From positions 31,372,001 to 31,436,000 of the forward strand of contig NW_024704746.1 of NCBI RefSeq assembly GCF_018977255.1: DNA of 64,000 nucleotides. Direction: 5' to 3'. The stretch is from Callorhinchus milii (Eukaryota). The translations under genes and the position numbers were made by a program. The notes under the pieces were generated by a model, which was not told the DNA's origin, made no database searches, and saw only the letters and a list, made by a program, of their open reading frames with translations. Numbering within the stretch: position 1 is the stretch's first letter; each line of letters starts with the position of its first letter. Positions 59,701 through 64,000 of this stretch are shown here, piece after piece.

Positions 59701-62700
59701 CTAAAGTTCAACATAGACAAACATGCACTTACTTTAGTGATTTACTTAAGAGGTAAGGCAAATTTTCACTCACCACCTCATTTGCACTCTTGGCAAATTT
59801 GCTTGATTCCTGTCAAGCTGGCTGGCCTTTTGCCTGTGCTATTTCTTGTAAGTTATTTCAGGTAAAAAATGTCTTGCATTGCTCACAGTCCAAACTATAT
59901 CTGGTTTACAAGGAACCAATAACTGGCTAATACATGACTGGGTTTGGCCAGCTAATTCATAATTGATTAAATGATGGATGAACCGATTAACAATCAGCTG
60001 TCCAGCTGTAAACTTCAACAAAACTACTCAATGACTGGCTTTCCTGCCCTGTCATCTAGTGCTTTTTTAAAAAAAATCAACTGCATACCTTGCGCTTAGC
60101 AACCTTGAAATTTAATCACACCACTTACTGACTGTAATCTGCCGCTATCATCAGATTCACGTGATTGTGCTCTGTGCCCCTCAAGCTCCCTCAACGTTCT
60201 GCATCAATCCACAGTGAAGCTTAAAACCTTGCGTCTGCCTCCACGTGTAACCTGCTTTCAGCCAGTATTATCAATTTCAACAACAACAACAACTTGCGTT
60301 TAATTAGCGCCACCCGTGCGCGGTAGCTTCCCAGAGCGTTTGGCAGTGGTGGAGCAAGATGCCAAGCCGGGGGCGGGGGGGGGGGGGTGGAGGGAGAGGG
60401 TGGGATGGGTGGGTGGGTGGGTGGGTGGTGGGGGGAAGTGACCGTAGGATTTCGACTCTGTTCCTTTATTTGCAAAACTTCAAACGTACAAGTTCTCCAT
60501 CATTTGCTGAACAGGGTTTGTTGGATGGACTGTGCGAGCATGAAGTTCTGAGCAATCTATGACTTGCCCATTGGGGCCCCAGCATAAACTTGCCAGAGCA
60601 TTGTGTACTTCAACTGCAACCACCAGGGTGAAAGGAGCATTCTGTACTTGTTACAGTTGCCCCTGACTACAAGCGAGTTATTACAGTACCTAATACACAA
60701 ATAATAAAAAAAAGTGACCCAATAAAAACTCAAATAGTTGTGTTTTACACGTTCATGCTTGATAATGGTTTGACATTCTTCTCTGAAGTATGAACTCAGC
60801 AAATACTGACTTTAGTGCTACTTCCACAACCAGAGTTTGCAACACTTAAGCAGCATTTATTTTAAACGCTTGCAAATATTAGCAATCCTTATTGAGTGGC
60901 AAAGCCAAAAACTCTTAATCAACTCTGACTATCTGTAAAAAGAAAAAATCCTTTCCATGTGAAACTATCACAGGCCAAATTATTTCACCAAATGCCTGGG
61001 ACATTTCCAATATATCAGCCAAGCAGGCAAAAATGCAAGAGGGAGTTTCATTCGTGATGTTATTCTCTGGGTCTCGCCAAATAAAATATTCTGATTCTAT
61101 CCCTCCAGAACACATTTGAAAGAAGGTTACACTGCAGTTTAATGCAAAAAAAAACCTTGCATTAAAAATACTTCTGAGAGGTTTCAAAGGCTGATCTGAA
61201 AACTGAAGGGATTGCCATATAGGAAGACGGGTATTTCCACCACAAAGCGTTTGGCAAAGTAGTTGTGTTGGTTTTGGGAGGCGAGAAATAATAATAATAA
61301 TAATAATAATAAAGCCCTAAAATAAAACGTACGTTACTTTCAGAGGTGACACCAAGCGCAGGAGATGTGGCATCTCTCAGTGCATTTTAAAGACAAATTA
61401 CTGTGTGTGTCATGTTTGCAAACACATGTGAAAACAGTCACCGAACACTTCTGCATGAAAACAGCACGTATAAAGCGCTTCACTTGCATTTCTCCCATCG
61501 AAACACTGCAATGAAAACCCTTTCTTGGGGAAGAACCATTCACCCTAAGAAACTTATGCAGTAACTGCAATTGAAAGAATTTTTTTTCGAAGCAAAGTTG
61601 AAGCCTCGACCAGATGTGTGTGATCTGAACTATTTGGCAGCTTAGTGGGGGGGGGGGGGGTCTACAGTAAAGTCTTTTTAAAAAAAAGCTACAAATGTCT
61701 TCAAACCCAAAACGACTCACATACAAGAATAACTGTGTGATTCCCTGAACACCAGCCTCATCATTCTCTGCAATGAACCCAGATGCTCCCAACTTCCTTT
61801 AACATTGTAAGGAACAAAAACCCTCAGCACAGAAGAATATATATTTTTTTCAGCCTTTTTTCCCCCAACGTTTTTACCATCAGACTCTGAAAAGCCAGGC
61901 TCATAATGCAACCCACTTCTATCCTGCAAAGTGATTGCCAGTGGTTAGTCCAAACAGGCAAATAATGCGCAAACTTACATAAGAAAGTAAATAATTTAAT
62001 GCTGCACTTTCAACTGGATTCTCTGCGTGATAACACGTTGCCAATTCCAACCCCCCAACCCCCCCCCCTCCACCCCCAACCAACCAACCAACCCAACCAA
62101 AAAATAAGAGAGAAGCTGTTAAGAGAGGAATTGCATTTTTGAAGGGTTTAACACACGATTGCACGTCAAGAATCACGATTAACAGTGCAAGAAAATAACC
62201 AGTGTCTCTTTAAAGTTAAATCAGTTAACTTCTAATGCACATGCATACAGTCTTGCAGTCCAGTGGGGGGTTATTTTCTAGTTGGGGGTTGCAAGTTGAT
62301 CACTGTCAGCATTAAAACAGCAGAATTTTCCTGTTGCAATAACTGTGAAGTCCATCTTCTGGACACGTTCCTATTATTCCCACCAATATCCTGATATGTA
62401 AAAGCAAAACCTGCACAAACTCCCAGCCCCTGAATTACCTGCATTCGTGTAAGTCATCCGGCTTCAGGTGTTTAGGTTTTTCTTGGGGTGGGAAATAAAA
62501 GCAAAACAATCCCATATCCTGATGAAGGTATATAAAACCTGCACAGCCTCACAGTCAGGGACTGACTGATACTGGGGGTGTGTGGGTGTGTGTGTGTGTG
62601 GTGGTGGTGTGTGTGTGTGTGTGTGTGTGTGGAGGGGGTTGGAGTGAAATCAACACATATATAAGCAGACTCCACAATAACCAGAGGAAACAAAAAAGTC

Positions 62701-62771
62701 ACCTTAAAGACTTCTGAGAGGGCGCAGGAGATGCATTTGGACTCTCCCACCGGGGTCTGGGTCTCTTCCAT
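50694..62771 (-). CDS. IGF1: Insulin-like growth factor 1 precursor (Ea type), 4 coding exons, 151 aa
   Basis: Exons 62703-62771, 56271-56424, 52451-52617, 50694-50759; six conserved Cys, [33 protein letters not shown]; adjacent to PMCH. Confidence 0.96.
52451..52617 (-). CDS. IGF1: IGF1 exon: C, A, D and start of E domain
   Basis: [56 protein letters not shown]|gtaagg. Confidence 0.97.
53562..53648 (+). mobile_element. CR1-type LINE 3' end
   Basis: GATCAGCCATGATC...GAATGGCCTACTCCTATGTTCCTATG octamer tail. Confidence 0.75.
55675..56000 (-). mobile_element. SINE, longer subfamily (also at 1-130)
   Basis: Tail, core and AAACAGAGGCATG...AAGGAA.CTTGC.CAAGG segment. Confidence 0.75.
56271..56424 (-). 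CDS. IGF1: IGF1 exon: signal peptide and B domain
   Basis: [51 protein letters not shown]. Confidence 0.97.
56487..56680 (-). mobile_element. 5'-truncated SINE
   Basis: Tail and core. Confidence 0.75.
56805..57125 (-). mobile_element. Full-length young tRNA-derived SINE
   Basis: Near-identical to 18873-19188. Confidence 0.92.
57760..57831. repeat. Compound (TG)/(TA)/(CA) microsatellite
   Basis: Read directly. Confidence 0.9.
59210..59456 (+). mobile_element. L2-clade LINE 3' end
   Basis: GTCCAGCACCTCAGGATGTCCTCCTGACATGAAAGGCGCTATAC...(TTG)n. Confidence 0.7.
62577..62630. repeat. (GT)n microsatellite, IGF1 intron 1
   Basis: Read directly. Confidence 0.9.
62703..62771 (-). CDS. IGF1: IGF1 coding exon 1 (class 1 leader)
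   Basis: [23 protein letters not shown]|gtgact; Cys-containing leader ending VFK, downstream of the conserved IGF1 5' region. Confidence 0.8.
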
Positions 62772-62875
62772 CACCTCTTGCTGGAAGCTGGAGAGTTGTG
62801 GCCAGTAAATGCTCTCCTGGTTTTGTGTGTTCCTGCGAATGCAAAAGAGCAAGAAAAAAAAAAGAAAAAGGGGGA

Positions 62876-62912
<37 letters not shown>
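62876..62912. repeat. (GT)n(GA)n microsatellite in the IGF1 5' leader
   Basis: Read directly. Confidence 0.9.
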
Positions 62913-62913
<1 letters not shown>

Positions 62914-62939
62914 GTTCAGTCGAGCACTCCTCACGTTTC

Positions 62940-63110
62940 TCTCAATTTCACACCAGGAACAGAGGACTTTCGATCGATTGCGCAAACGCATCTGATGTGC
63001 TTTCAGGGACAGTGAAAATTCCAGCAACAGGGGATTCACAGAAATCCCTTTTTATCTCCATCAAACACCCTCCCAGACAGGAAACAGCTGCAGGGGCATT
63101 CACTCCTTTG
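62940..63110 (-). promoter_or_regulatory. IGF1 promoter 1 / conserved 5' leader with C/EBP site
   Basis: CAGCTGTTTCCTGTCT...GATAAA...TCACTGTC...TTGCGCAATCG...AAAGTCCTC blocks resemble the mammalian IGF1 exon-1 region; TTGCGCAA palindrome at 62978-62985. Confidence 0.75.
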
Positions 63111-63134
63111 TATGTACGTGGGTTATTTTTTTTT

Positions 63135-63290
63135 GTGTGTGTGTGTGTGTGTGTGAAGGAGTTTTTCACTCATTGTTTCAAGCAACGTCTCTGCAAACAC
63201 ACACACACCACACAACACACACCACACCACACAACACACAACACACACCACACCACACACCACACAACACACCACACAACACACACAGAG
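63135..63290. repeat. (GT)n and degenerate (CA/CACAC)n repeats upstream of IGF1
   Basis: Read directly. Confidence 0.85.
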
Positions 63291-63458
63291 AGACATAAAG
63301 GTTTTATTAAAACAAAGTCCTTTTTTGTAGTATCTTTTGAATCAGGGTTTTTTTTTTGGGGGGGGGGTGGGGGGGTGCAAATGCTACTGAACAATCCAGG
63401 GGAGGTGTTGATGTTGTCTGCAAGTGCTGTTATCAGCACTGATACAGCGAGTGCATCC

Positions 63459-63689
63459 NNNNNNNNNNNNNNNNNNNNNNNNNNNNNNNNNNNNNNNNNN
63501 NNNNNNNNNNNNNNNNNNNNNNNNNNNNNNNNNNNNNNNNNNNNNNNNNNNNNNNNNNNNNNNNNNNNNNNNNNNNNNNNNNNNNNNNNNNNNNNNNNNN
63601 NNNNNNNNNNNNNNNNNNNNNNNNNNNNNNNNNNNNNNNNNNNNNNNNNNNNNNNNNNNNNNNNNNNNNNNNNNNNNNNNNNNNNNNNN
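63459..63689. other. Assembly gap (231 N)
   Basis: Run of N. Confidence 1.
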
Positions 63690-64000
63690 GTTCAGTTTAC
63701 ATGTGTGTTGGGTCCATTTCGCAGTAGAGATGGGGTTGGGTTTAAGTGTCATGAAAATATGGAATGGGGCAACTTTGTGTTATAAATACGTTTACAAAAC
63801 AATCATTTGGTCACTCGATCCGCCGCTGTTTGTGGGTGTCACCCTTCCTGTGCACAAATGGCTGCTGCCTTTCAGCCCCCCCCCCCCCCCCCCCCCGCCC
63901 CACAAAAACGCACAGTCACTACACCTCACAATATATTCTGGATGCGCTTTGAGATGTCAAATGCAAGGATTATTATTATTGTTGTTGTTAAATTACATGT

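Noticed and set aside
62997-63785. 262-aa ORF spanning the right end
   Set aside because: Made of microsatellite and an N gap
1-64000. Prokaryotic-type systems (CRISPR arrays, operons, defence islands)
   Set aside because: The sequence is intron-rich vertebrate DNA; no repeat-spacer arrays or operon-like ORF clusters were seen

Overview
Vertebrate genomic DNA, most likely a cartilaginous fish and plausibly a chimaera. This taxon call is inferred from the Deu-domain tRNA SINE, L2, CR1 and Penelope repeat content, the protein divergence and the compact introns. The window holds the conserved block WASHC3(-, exons 1-2 only) - NUP37(-) - PARPBP(+) - PMCH(-) - IGF1(-), in the same order and orientation as human 12q23.2. 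I reconstructed complete GT-AG, phase-consistent gene models by hand: NUP37 (9 coding exons, 328 aa), PARPBP (10, 592 aa), PMCH (3, 172 aa) and IGF1 (4, 151 aa). Most other ORFs in the track are repeat or low-complexity artefacts. Main observations: (1) a 259-bp TSD-flanked palindromic Penelope-type element with two inverted minimal hammerhead ribozymes in WASHC3 intron 1; (2) a ~760-bp GGGCA-type pentamer array beside the NUP37/PARPBP bidirectional CCAAT-CDE/CHR promoter; (3) overlapping antisense 3' ends of PARPBP and PMCH; (4) a pro-IGF1 lacking the canonical E-peptide convertase sites; (5) a microsatellite-phased uORF in the IGF1 leader. There is an assembly gap at 63459-63689. Orthologue comparisons are from memory; no searches were run.
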